NCBI GenBank assembly: GCA_050253415.1
Contig: JBFWJC010000005.1
Coordinates: 1 to 64,000 of the forward strand
Source of the DNA: Pedobacter sp.
Lineage (GTDB): Bacteria > Desulfobacterota > Desulfuromonadia > Desulfuromonadales > Syntrophotaleaceae
Length of the DNA stretch: 64,000 bases
Direction of reading: 5' to 3'
Positions within the stretch are counted from its first letter, which is position 1; each line of letters starts with the position of its first letter. A program made the position numbers and the translations under genes. The notes beneath the pieces are model-generated. The model was not told where the DNA came from, searched no databases, and saw only the letters and a program-made list of their open reading frames with translations. Of the stretch, positions 1 through 8,826 are shown one piece after another.

Positions 1-127
1 CCAAGACAGTAGCCGCCATAAAAAACGGTCCGCCTGGAATACCAGCAGGGCCGTCTTGTTTTATATTTCAGGATGATTTCTGGCTGATCACTGGCTACTT
101 TTCTGCGTTTCTCGAAAATCCTGCATT
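1..127 (+). repeat. Exact direct repeat of 19769-19895 (right end of the CcdA-like module); probably continues upstream of the window
   Basis: Base-for-base identical to 19769-19895; identity stops right after CCTGCATT. Confidence 0.95.
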
Positions 128-184
128 GTGAGAAAACCCCGCCTGGCGATCCGGACGGGGTTTCTTTGCTTCATAACTCGTGAT
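108..184 (+). repeat. Module junction repeat J1 (core + hairpin + distal box)
   Basis: TTTCTCG-aaaatcc-TGCATT, GTGAGAAAACCCCGCCTGG-CGAT-CCGGACGGGGTTTC hairpin, then TGCTTCA-taactcg-TGAT; same motif recurs across 1-31 kb. Confidence 0.9.
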
Positions 185-186
185 AT

Positions 187-1962
187 TTAAAACAGGTCTG
201 CAAATGGCTTCTCAAGCCGACAAAGGGAAAGGAGGTCATCAGGCGGAAGAGGACGACTGAATAAAAAGCCTTGTCCAAATGAGCACCCTAATTGGCATAG
301 CAACTGTTTCTGTTCCTGGGTTTCTATCCCCTCTGCGACCACTTCAAGATCTAAGCTTTTTGAAAGTGCTAGAACGGCCTCCACAATAGCAAAGTCATAT
401 TGGTCTGTCAGGATATCTCCCACAAAACCCTTGTCAATTTTTAGGGTTGTAATGGGAAGGTGCTTCAAGCGACTTAATGAAGAGTGTCCTTTGCCAAAGT
501 CGTCAATTGCCAACCAGACCCCCATTTTATTCAAGGAAGCAAGGCGGGGAATGGTTTCTCTGGCGTTTTCCATAGCGATGCTTTCGGTAATTTCCAATTC
601 CAACCATTGTGGATTAAGGCCCGTTTCGTTAAGGACCTGGAAAACAGACTCCAAAAAGTTCAGTTCCTTAAATTGGTGCATAGAAATATTAACACTCACT
701 CGAAGGGGAGGTATTCCAGCATCCTGCAATGTTTGCGCAAAATCGCAAGCTGTGCGGAGAATCCATTTGCCTATGGGAACGATCAAACCCGTATCTTCGG
801 CTAATGGGATAAAGTCGCTAGGGGGAACCATCCCCTTGTCTGGGTGCTGCCAACGCACAAGTGCTTCTAACCCAACAATCTGACCAGAGGACAAATTAAC
901 CTTCGGCTGGTAGTGCAAAACAAGTTGTTCCTTTTCCAAGGCCCGCCGCAGATCATTTCCAAGCAAAAGGAGTTCCTGCGCCCGGGCATCCATTTCCTTA
1001 TTATAAAACTGGAAGTTGTTTCGCCCCTTCTTTTTGGCAGCATACATCGCGATATCCGCTCGTTTTTGCAGTTCTTCAATGTCATCTGTGGGGGTCGTAT
1101 AGAGGCTGATACCGATACTGGCAGAAACGTAGCAATCCTGACCTCTAATGGGAAAAGGTTGTTCTAAACAATCAAGAATCCTTTGAGCGATATGCGTAAC
1201 CTGTTCAGTTCCTGAAATATCTTCGACTACAAATACAAATTCGTCCCCACCTAGTCGGGCAATTGCATCCATCTCTCTCAATTGCGTCTGTAAGCGCTTG
1301 GCTACCCCACCCAAAAGTAGGTCTCCAGCCTGATGCCCTAGGGTATCGTTTACTTTTTTGAATAGATCCAGATCAAGAAAAAGAAGAGCGACCTGCTTGC
1401 CGCTTCGATCTGCCCGGGCAATGGCCTGTTTGAGACGATCCTGAAAAACGCGTCGATTCGGAAGTCCTGTCAGAAAATCCTGCTCTGAAAGGCGTTTTAA
1501 ATGTCCCTTCTGCACAAGAAGTTCCAAATCTGCAAGCTTTCGGTCGGTGATATCCATCCAGCTACCAACAATCTCGATAGGCTTCTCGGTGGAGTCTCTC
1601 AGAAGCCTTAACTCATCGTGCATCCAACGATAAGTGCCATCTTTGTGTTTAAAGCGGTATTCATGGACAAGTCTTCCGGCTTGGAAAAGTTTCGCTTGAT
1701 TCTCAAAAGCCTGTGTCCTGTCCTCGGGATGAACTCTGCTGGCCCAAAAGTCTGGATTTTCGATACACTCAGAAGGCTCGTAGCCAAGTTGGTCTCTAAT
1801 ATTCTCGCTAACGTATGTCGCTCCCTTGTCTCCATCAGGCTTAAGGGTGTAAATAACAGCAGGACATATGGCCAAAATCATTTCCAGCCGTGAGACATCG
1901 AGGTCCTCAGGGCTAGTTTTATCCTGGTTCTTTCCTAAGTTGTTCAACCGATGGAAACCCAT
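187..1962 (-). CDS. PAS-GGDEF-EAL diguanylate cyclase/phosphodiesterase
   Basis: PAS_3-like VHPED...GTYRWMHD; DLDLFKKVNDTLGH and RLGGDEF; LEALVRW, ELEITES, DDFGKGHSSL. Confidence 0.95.
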   Translation of the reverse strand: MGFHRLNNLGKNQDKTSPEDLDVSRLEMILAICPAVIYTLKPDGDKGATYVSENIRDQLGYEPSECIENPDFWASRVHPEDRTQAFENQAKLFQAGRLVHEYRFKHKDGTYRWMHDELRLLRDSTEKPIEIVGSWMDITDRKLADLELLVQKGHLKRLSEQDFLTGLPNRRVFQDRLKQAIARADRSGKQVALLFLDLDLFKKVNDTLGHQAGDLLLGGVAKRLQTQLREMDAIARLGGDEFVFVVEDISGTEQVTHIAQRILDCLEQPFPIRGQDCYVSASIGISLYTTPTDDIEELQKRADIAMYAAKKKGRNNFQFYNKEMDARAQELLLLGNDLRRALEKEQLVLHYQPKVNLSSGQIVGLEALVRWQHPDKGMVPPSDFIPLAEDTGLIVPIGKWILRTACDFAQTLQDAGIPPLRVSVNISMHQFKELNFLESVFQVLNETGLNPQWLELEITESIAMENARETIPRLASLNKMGVWLAIDDFGKGHSSLSRLKHLPITTLKIDKGFVGDILTDQYDFAIVEAVLALSKSLDLEVVAEGIETQEQKQLLCQLGCSFGQGFLFSRPLPPDDLLSLCRLEKPFADLF

Positions 1963-2020
1963 TCGTAAACTTTCCTAAACGATGGACATGTCAAAAATAG
2001 AATTTTAGCCGAAACTTAAT

Positions 2021-2053
2021 AAAAAACGTCCATCTTTGGCCAAAGATGGACGT
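2021..2053 (-). terminator. Intrinsic terminator, probable riboswitch expression platform
   Basis: Perfect palindrome ACGTCCATCTTTGG/CCAAAGATGGACGT followed by a T run on the minus strand, between riboswitch and CDS. Confidence 0.75.
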
Positions 2054-2081
2054 CACCTTTTGAAGTTATTCGCTTCTCTCT

Positions 2082-2153
2082 TCGGTAACCCAGCCATCCC
2101 CTAGGGACCTGAAGCTTTGCGTCGCCGGATTACTCCGGCTTTGCTCTTATCGG
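2082..2153 (-). ncRNA. GEMM-I (c-di-GMP-I family) riboswitch, A20 variant
   Basis: Minus strand CCGATAAGAGCAAAGCCGGA-GTAA-TCCGGCGACGCAAAGC...GATGGCTGGGTTACCGA fits GEMM-I P1/P2/P3; lies upstream of a GGDEF-EAL gene. Confidence 0.88.
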
Positions 2154-2319
2154 TGATTTGTCTTTAAATTAACTAAACAGCATAAAAATATATTCGTCAA
2201 GGAGATTTATTAAATCCTAAATCGTCCTTGGTTATCTAGCCACTCCTGATATGTGCGGCCCGACTGCTCAATATATCGTTCCATATTGTTTTCAGCGGTC
2301 AGATGTGGTTAAAGACCAG

Positions 2320-2350
2320 ATTCTTATGGATCCTGCAATGCGAGAAAAAC
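2320..2350 (+). repeat. Module junction J2 (core, hairpin lost)
   Basis: ATTCTTA-tggatcc-TGCAAT-GCGAGAAAAAC; upstream 2222-2296 resembles 11566-11650. Confidence 0.85.
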
Positions 2351-2401
2351 TCTCTAAACATGACAAACGTGAATTCAGCCCCCCCAGGCTATCCGGGTTT
2401 C

Positions 2402-3256
2402 AAAAGGGAAGTCAGAACCACCACCTGTAGAGGGCTGTCGAGCCCAAAACAGGAAGTCAGAACCACCATCCCAGCACAGTTGGCCCTGAAAGTGGGAGTC
2501 AGAGCTACCACTTCGGCTACGCATTGTTTGTCGCGCTCTTTAGAAAGTCAGAGGTTTGCGCATAAGTTGTCGCGTTCATTAAAGAGGGTTAGGTGCAAAT
2601 AATATACATTTTTGTATACAACATTTATGTATACATATTTTCCATGTGATTTTAGAGGCCTATATTTCCGAGGCGGGAGTCAGTACAACCGGTTTCTCTA
2701 CGCATAGGTTGGCTGAGAGCCGGGTGGTTACGCATAACTTGTCGCGCTCAGCGGCTGATACTGAAAAAACGTGAAGTCAGTACCACCACCCCTTGGGCAT
2801 TTCCGATCCCCTATCTGGTAGCAAGAACCACCTCCTCAGACCCGAGCTCCAAAAGGGAAGTCAGAACCACCACCTTGGGCGGCTCAGCCCTCCAATCGTG
2901 GAGTCAGAGCTACCACTTCAGGCCGATCAACCTCCAAATGAGGAGTCAGAACTACCACCCTGGACGATCTCAACTCCAATCGGGGAGTCAGAACTACCAC
3001 CCTGGACGATCTCAACTCCAATCGGGGAGTCAGAACTACCACCCTGGACGATCTCAACTCCAATCGGGGAGTCAGAACTACCACCCTGGACGATCTCAAC
3101 TCCAATCGGGGAGTCAGAACTACCACCCCAAGCCGTCGATTCGGACAATGTGGGTACCAGGACTACCACCCAGGCCTCTAATCCGGTCAAACGTGAAGTC
3201 AGAACCACCATCCTGAGGCCATTGTTTGCCTAAAGTGGGAGTCAGAGCTTCCACCT
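2402..3256 (+). repeat. Non-coding array of about 42-43-bp-period repeats, motif (AAAGTG)G(A/G)AGTCAGAAC(C/T)ACCAC; array 1
   Basis: GTCAG cores at 2411, 2456, 2498, 2776, 2860, 2903, 2945, 2987, 3029, 3071, 3113, 3198, 3241 plus degenerate copies; four identical 42-bp units at 2942-3109. Confidence 0.92.
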
Positions 3257-3340
3257 TGGCTACGCATATACGGACGACACCCGGACAAGGTTCGGAGTAA
3301 CGTCCTAAGGGTCTGATAGGGGGTCTGATAGGGGGTAGGG

Positions 3341-3417
3341 GGTCCGATAGAAGCTGCATTGCGAGAAAACCCCGTCTGGCGAACCAGACGGGGTTTCTGT
3401 GTTTTGGAACTTGTGAT
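3341..3417 (+). repeat. Module junction J3
   Basis: GGTCCGA-tagaagc-TGCATT-GCGAGAAAACCCCGTCTGG-CGAA-CCAGACGGGGTTTC-TGTGTTTTGGAACTTGTGAT. Confidence 0.9.
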
Positions 3418-3434
3418 TTATGGGAAATAAAATA

Positions 3435-4937
3435 TCAGGGAGTTTCCCGTTTAAAGCTGTTGCGGAGAATTTGCGCGGCAGTCAGAGTTTTTCCTATCCC
3501 GACAAATACCACGAAAAATTCCAACCGTCCCAGAATCATTCCGAAGGTTTCGGTCCAGAGCAGCCCCGCGGGTGCGGAGGCTGAAGTAACCCCCACGGAA
3601 AGGCCCACGGTTCCCAGGGCACTGGCGAATTCGAATAAACTCTCTTTCAGGGAATAACCAAAGGACGCCACAATTCCCGTCCCCATCATCAGGGTAAGCA
3701 TGTAAAGAAATGTGAAGGCCGCGATCTGGCAAATATCACTATCCTGCAAAAAGCGTCTTTGTTCTCCCACCCAAACATCGGGTTCCGTGACGGCATGGCG
3801 GGGTAAAAACATCCTGCGCAATTCGGTGGTCAGACTCCGGTAAAGAACGTATACTCTGTATTGTTTAAGACCTCCAGCCGTGGATCCGGTGCCACCGCCC
3901 ACGATCATCAGTCCTATAAGAATCAACCATCCCAAGCCGTTCCAGTTCCCGTAGCCAACCGTGGAAAAGCCCGTCGTCGATAGAGCTGACACGGTTTCAA
4001 ATATAGCGACTCTTACCTGTTTGCCTGCGGATGCATAAAGCTGCACCGTCACCCCGGAGAAAATGACCAATATTGCAACCGGGATCAGTGTCATCTGAAG
4101 CCGGATTTCCCCATTTTTAAAGAAAGACCGAAACTTGCCATGCATCAGGGCATACCCTGTGACGAAGTTCATTGTTCCAAGGAGCATCAGTAGTATTGTG
4201 ACGGATTCCACTCCCGGGCTATTCCAGTATCCAATCGACGCCGTCCTGGTGGAGAAACCACCGGTTGATAATGCCGCAAATGCATGGTTTATGGCATCAA
4301 ACCATCCCATGCCGGCAAAATACAAAGCAATGCATCCGGCCACAACATAACCACTGTAGATAGTTATGACCAACTTGGCGGAACGGCGTACGTTGGGGAC
4401 CAGCTGATCGGCCCTTCCTTCCGCTGCGCTCAAACCGCTGCCACTAGGACCTGTGAGCGCGCTGAGCATGATGATGGCGAGGCCGGCCCCGCCTGCGAGT
4501 TGCATGACGCTACGGAACAAAAGCAGCAGGTGGCATGCATTCTCGACATTTACGACAGATAACCCCGTGGTGGTCCAGGCACTGGTCGCCTCGAAAACCG
4601 CCTGAGTGAAATTGAGCCCTCCAATCAAGATGAAAGGGACTGCCCCCACCAAAACCGCCAGCAGCCATGAAAGAACGACTACTACGGCGCCTTCCTGCAA
4701 AGATAGAGTGGCTCCTCCCCGTGGCAGCAAGCCGCGCCAAATTATTGTGCCCAGAACACTTAAGCCTATCCCGGGGAGGGCAACCCCCCATGCAAGAGCC
4801 CATTCCCCGGGATAAAATGGTAGCCCGAGACAGGGAGCAACAATGATCAGCCCCACCAGGACGCTGACAAGCCCAGTATAACCGAGCATAATACGCCAGC
4901 GATATCGCATAAACTCCGTATATCGTTGCCGGCTCAT
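3435..4937 (-). CDS. trkH: Trk potassium uptake membrane protein
   Basis: Four pore-loop motifs (FEATSAWTTTG, STGGFS, STTGFS, GTVGLS) and GSTAGGLK; multi-TM. Confidence 0.93.
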   Translation of the reverse strand: MSRQRYTEFMRYRWRIMLGYTGLVSVLVGLIIVAPCLGLPFYPGEWALAWGVALPGIGLSVLGTIIWRGLLPRGGATLSLQEGAVVVVLSWLLAVLVGAVPFILIGGLNFTQAVFEATSAWTTTGLSVVNVENACHLLLLFRSVMQLAGGAGLAIIMLSALTGPSGSGLSAAEGRADQLVPNVRRSAKLVITIYSGYVVAGCIALYFAGMGWFDAINHAFAALSTGGFSTRTASIGYWNSPGVESVTILLMLLGTMNFVTGYALMHGKFRSFFKNGEIRLQMTLIPVAILVIFSGVTVQLYASAGKQVRVAIFETVSALSTTGFSTVGYGNWNGLGWLILIGLMIVGGGTGSTAGGLKQYRVYVLYRSLTTELRRMFLPRHAVTEPDVWVGEQRRFLQDSDICQIAAFTFLYMLTLMMGTGIVASFGYSLKESLFEFASALGTVGLSVGVTSASAPAGLLWTETFGMILGRLEFFVVFVGIGKTLTAAQILRNSFKRETP

Positions 4938-5602
4938 CAGGATTCTTCCCCGGTCAATAGTCTTAGCACTCGATCATAACAGTCGGGCCGGCTTATGATA
5001 ATGAGGCGATCCCCGCCGCGGAGGAATGTTTCCCCTCGGGGAACGATGACGTTCCCGTCACGCAGGATCCCACCGATCAGTGCCCCTTCGGGCAAGGTCA
5101 TGTCACGCAAGGTTTTATCCGCACCCGGTGCATCCTCCCTCAAGGCGACTTCGGAAATAGTTACGCGTCCCTCGGCGAGGGGAATCAGATTGGCGATATC
5201 CTCGAATCCGGCCCGTTCTTCCAGGATGCGGGCGATAATTTGGGTCGAACTGAAGGCGACGCTGACACCCAATTCACGGAATACCTCCTCGTTCTGCGGA
5301 TCGTTGACAAGGGCTACCGTCCGCGGCACATGGAACATTTTGTGGGCGATCTGACATACCGCAAGATTGTCCTGATCCTTCGATGTCAATGCCACCAACA
5401 CATCGGCGAGGCGTGCGCCGGCTTCTTCGAGTACATGGGGATCGCTACCATTACCATGCATGACCAAGGCCTTAACCCGGCGGGAGAGGTTTCTGGCCTC
5501 CGCTTCATCAGCAAGGATCAAGGAGACCACATACCCTTTGCTGGCGAACTGTCGGGCAAGGTAATAGAGGAGTTTGCCGGATCCGACGACGATCACACGC
5601 AT
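4937..5602 (-). CDS. trkA: TrkA/Ktr regulatory subunit (RCK_N + RCK_C)
   Basis: Start re-set to MRVIVVGSGKL (RBS AGGAGG); Rossmann GxG motif; C-terminal IVPRGETFLRGGD. Confidence 0.9.
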   Translation of the reverse strand: MRVIVVGSGKLLYYLARQFASKGYVVSLILADEAEARNLSRRVKALVMHGNGSDPHVLEEAGARLADVLVALTSKDQDNLAVCQIAHKMFHVPRTVALVNDPQNEEVFRELGVSVAFSSTQIIARILEERAGFEDIANLIPLAEGRVTISEVALREDAPGADKTLRDMTLPEGALIGGILRDGNVIVPRGETFLRGGDRLIIISRPDCYDRVLRLLTGEES

Positions 5603-6048
5603 GGTTGACCCTCCTGCCTTTTTTCCAGGCTCGCCAGAAAGGCCTCCGCCATCAAATTGGTCGGGCTGACGGTTTCTATGTCGAATTCCCGATAAATTCC
5701 CTCCCTGCGGGGATCGAATACCCTCGCCAACACTTTGGGGACATTGAACACCTTGCGGGCTACCTGGGCCACCATAAGATTGACATTGTCCTCTTCGGTA
5801 GTCGCTAGCAGACAATCGGCCCTGTCGGTTTTCGCGGCCCGCAAAACCTCGATTTCGACCGCATCGCCGACGATACGGAATCCACTGAATTCAGCCGTCA
5901 GCAGATCAAACGCCGATTCGTTGATATCAATGACGACCACGCTGCAACCGACTTCGCTTAGTAGCCCCGCCAGCATGGAGCCGAGTCGGCCACAACCAAC
6001 GATCACTACATACTGTGGCCATCCATCCTGCTTTTTCAAATACATCAT
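5593..6048 (-). CDS. trkA: TrkA-N (RCK_N-only) protein
   Basis: VVIVGCGRLG, GDA, ATTEEDNVNL; no RCK_C. Confidence 0.85.
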   Translation of the reverse strand: MMYLKKQDGWPQYVVIVGCGRLGSMLAGLLSEVGCSVVVIDINESAFDLLTAEFSGFRIVGDAVEIEVLRAAKTDRADCLLATTEEDNVNLMVAQVARKVFNVPKVLARVFDPRREGIYREFDIETVSPTNLMAEAFLASLEKRQEGQPCV

Positions 6049-6051
6049 TGA

Positions 6052-6729
6052 TTACTCCTGCCCCAGCAGCAGAGGACCCGTTTTTTTCATCACCAACCTG
6101 TTGAGGTTGCTCTGGGACGGTATATATCCGGGATTCAGCTCCAGAGCGGTCCGGTAGAATTTCTGGGCTTCGAGGGACTTGCCCTGCATCTCACAATAGG
6201 CTCCCATAAGATTAAAGGCCTCCGGGCGATCGGGTTCAAGGCCTGTAGCATACCGGGCGTGGGCAATCGCATTGCCGAGTTGCCCCTCTGCGGCACAACG
6301 CTTGGACAAGGCGATCCAGCCATTGTAATCGTTACCCGGATCCGCTCCCTGTTCAGGACGGCTGAGCACCTTGCGGACCGCGTCCCGCAACTCCCGTGGC
6401 GCAAACGGTTTTTCAATAAAATCCAGAGCGCCTAGCTTCATGACTTCCACCGCATTGGTCACCGTTCCGAATGCCGAAATGACAATAACCTGGGATCGCC
6501 TGGGTCTTTTTTCCAATTGCCGCAACACTTCCACTCCATCGATACCCGGGAGCTTAAGATCAAGCAACACCAGATCGAAATTCTCTTCGGCCGACATGCG
6601 CAAACCTTCCTCGCCCGTGGTTGTGGTACGCACCTCATACCCCTTGGGCTCAAGGGTTTGCCGGACGGTGAAGAGGATGTTTTTTTCATCATCAATAACG
6701 AGAATTTTTGCCTTGGTCTCTTTAGACAT
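6052..6729 (-). CDS. Response regulator with C-terminal TPR
   Basis: ILVIDDE, LLDLKLPG, EKPF; TPR-like PEAFNLMG...YRTALELNP. Confidence 0.88.
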   Translation of the reverse strand: MSKETKAKILVIDDEKNILFTVRQTLEPKGYEVRTTTTGEEGLRMSAEENFDLVLLDLKLPGIDGVEVLRQLEKRPRRSQVIVISAFGTVTNAVEVMKLGALDFIEKPFAPRELRDAVRKVLSRPEQGADPGNDYNGWIALSKRCAAEGQLGNAIAHARYATGLEPDRPEAFNLMGAYCEMQGKSLEAQKFYRTALELNPGYIPSQSNLNRLVMKKTGPLLLGQE

Positions 6730-8593
6730 GGTTGTTCTCCCCGGATGGCTTCATGCAACCGGAAGACGATGCGGCCTTCAGAACAAAGGTGAAGACACTT
6801 CCCTCGCCTACCGTCGATTCGACCCAGATGCTTCCACCGTGGGCCTTGACAATTTCCTTGCAGATGGCCAAGCCCAGACCGCTGCCGGCCTTGCTGTCAC
6901 CTTTAACCTGGACGAACTTGTCGAAAATCCGTGAACGGTATTCCGCGGGAATGCCCGCGCCGTCGTCGGAAACGCCCAGGTAAACTCGCTCCTGATCACC
7001 TTCGGCCGTAATCCGGATATGGCCACCTTCCGGAGTGTACCGCAATGCATTGGAAATAAGATTGCTGATCACCCAGGCGATTTTTGTCGGATCCGCCAAG
7101 ACATCAGGGGTTTCCGGTTTGACCCACGAGCTCAATTCCAGTTTTTTGGCTTTGGCCTGATCGTAGAATGCCGCCAATGTTTTTTCGAAAAGATAGGCAA
7201 CGTTCATGGGCTCGATTTCCATCTCGACCCGTCCGGATTCAAGCCGCGACAAATCGAGAAGGTCACCGACGAGTGCCCGCAAGCGATCGGTCTCCTCCCG
7301 GGCAACCCGAACCAATTCACGTTCTCTTTCGGGCCATTGATCCGCTTTTTCCTGCAGGAGGTTTATACTCATGGAGATACCGGTAAGAGGCGTTTTCAAT
7401 TCGTGGGATGCCGCCAGGACAAACTCGCTTTTCAACCGGTCAAGTTCCTTCAGCCGGGTTATATCTTGTAGCAAAATAACGATCCCCTGAATTTGCTTGC
7501 CTCCTTCAGAACGTACAGGAGTGACGGAAAATCGGAAATATTGCCGACTCTCATCGTCACCGAAGGAAATTTCGGCCAGCTCCGGGGAAAGAGTCGCGAC
7601 CTGTCCTGTTTCCGCAGTTTGCCGGATGATAGCAATGAGTTGCTCATGCGGCAGTAATTCGGACACGGGCCGGCCCTGGGCTTCGCCCGGAGACAGATTC
7701 AGAAGTCTTGCGGCCTGGGGGTTGACGGCGGAAATGTGGAACCTCTCATCCACAACGATCAAACCGTCGCCGATGCTGCGTAGAATTGCCTCTCCCATGC
7801 GTTTTTCTGCGATGAGACGTCCTACGTTGAGATCGTGAAAAGCTTTGAGCTTTTGACTCATGGTGACGATCTGGCTGGCTAAAAGTCCGAGCTCATCTCC
7901 GGCGGGAACCTCCAGGGTGAAATTGTAGTCGCCGTTCGCAAGCTGTTCGGTGACGCGGGTCATAGCAGCCAGTGGTCGGAGGAGAATACCGGAAAGTAAA
8001 ATGCTGAAGGCCAGCCCAACAGAACCTGATGCCGCGCCTACCACCGTCATGGACCATATGGTTTTCACAGAAAGACGATGTGCATGGCGGGAAGCTCTTT
8101 CCATGGCTTTCTGATTCATTTCGCGTAATACGAGACACGATTTGCGCACCTGCATGAATCGGGGTAGAAGTTGCTCCCGGTAAAAAACCAGGGCCTTTTG
8201 ATGATCTTCGTAACCCGCATTCGTCATGTCCTGAAACAGGGATAGGAAACTGCGGTATCCCGAATCGATATCGGCCACCACCCGGTCCTCTCCCTGTTCC
8301 GTCAAATTATCCCGGGCCCGGCCCAGCCACTGGGCAAATTCAACCTGGTTATCCCGGAATTGCTCCAGACTGGTTTTCCGGTCCCCGATCAAAAACAGAA
8401 GCGCGGCGCTATCCTGTCGTTCGAGGTGATTGATCATGCTTTCCGCCGCTTGGACACTCAGTTGATTTTCACGCAGAATAGCCTCGCTGGCCCGTCCGAG
8501 CTGATAAAGATTGACTACGGCTACGGCCCATACCATCATCATCAGAGCCAAAATAAGACAGTAGCCACCGAGAATTTTTGTCCGTAATTTCAT
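6722..8593 (-). CDS. KinB-like sensor histidine kinase (periplasmic helical domain, HAMP, PAS, HisKA, HATPase)
   Basis: Two TM segments, HAMP GDELG, ASHELKTPL, NLISNALRY, GSGLGL. Confidence 0.92.
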   Translation of the reverse strand: MKLRTKILGGYCLILALMMMVWAVAVVNLYQLGRASEAILRENQLSVQAAESMINHLERQDSAALLFLIGDRKTSLEQFRDNQVEFAQWLGRARDNLTEQGEDRVVADIDSGYRSFLSLFQDMTNAGYEDHQKALVFYREQLLPRFMQVRKSCLVLREMNQKAMERASRHAHRLSVKTIWSMTVVGAASGSVGLAFSILLSGILLRPLAAMTRVTEQLANGDYNFTLEVPAGDELGLLASQIVTMSQKLKAFHDLNVGRLIAEKRMGEAILRSIGDGLIVVDERFHISAVNPQAARLLNLSPGEAQGRPVSELLPHEQLIAIIRQTAETGQVATLSPELAEISFGDDESRQYFRFSVTPVRSEGGKQIQGIVILLQDITRLKELDRLKSEFVLAASHELKTPLTGISMSINLLQEKADQWPERERELVRVAREETDRLRALVGDLLDLSRLESGRVEMEIEPMNVAYLFEKTLAAFYDQAKAKKLELSSWVKPETPDVLADPTKIAWVISNLISNALRYTPEGGHIRITAEGDQERVYLGVSDDGAGIPAEYRSRIFDKFVQVKGDSKAGSGLGLAICKEIVKAHGGSIWVESTVGEGSVFTFVLKAASSSGCMKPSGENNHV

Positions 8594-8683
8594 CTAAAGT
8601 ACCCCGTGGGAAATCCTGAAAAACAGGATGAAACAACCGTCATTAACGTAAGTGTATCACTCGATGTTATTGTCATATTATTG

Positions 8684-8699
8684 TGCGAGAGGTATGCCA
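8684..8699 (-). promoter_or_regulatory. Sigma54 promoter of the kinase-RR-trk operon
   Basis: TGGCATACCTCTCGCA = GG-N10-GC, about 90 bp upstream of the kinase start. Confidence 0.7.
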
Positions 8700-8749
8700 G
8701 AAAAAAACGTGCAAAATAGGGTTTTTTGAAAGGGCAAAGAGGGGAAGTG

Positions 8750-8796
8750 ATTGCATTATGCAATAAAAAGGCTTTTTAAGTATTGCATTTTGCAAT
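8750..8796. promoter_or_regulatory. Paired palindromic enhancer (UAS) sites
   Basis: ATTGCATTATGCAAT (8750-8764) and ATTGCATTTTGCAAT (8782-8796), 32 bp apart, upstream of the sigma54 motif. Confidence 0.7.
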
Positions 8797-8826
8797 GTCG
8801 CATCTGGAACAGCTTCGGTAGGAAAA

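Noticed and set aside
108..184. Junction repeats as attC sites or tRNA 3' fragments
   Set aside because: No RYYYAAC...GTTRRRY ends and no T-arm (GTTCRA) or CCA signature; distinct from the true attC sites nearby.
2588..2594. Isolated GTTAGGT integron core
   Set aside because: No matching R'' box or cassette gene; likely chance.
2729..2748. dif/pdif site
   Set aside because: TTACGCATAA resembles a XerC arm, but no TTATGTTAAAT-like XerD arm follows a 6-bp spacer.
2793..3233. Repeat-protein ORFs in several frames (also 22433-23019)
   Set aside because: Open on both strands because the 42-bp unit is a multiple of 3; 43-bp units shift frames; no convincing RBS.
2770..3256. CRISPR array
   Set aside because: Repeats are short, degenerate and non-palindromic; spacers are about 23 bp, duplicated and shared between arrays; no cas genes in the window.
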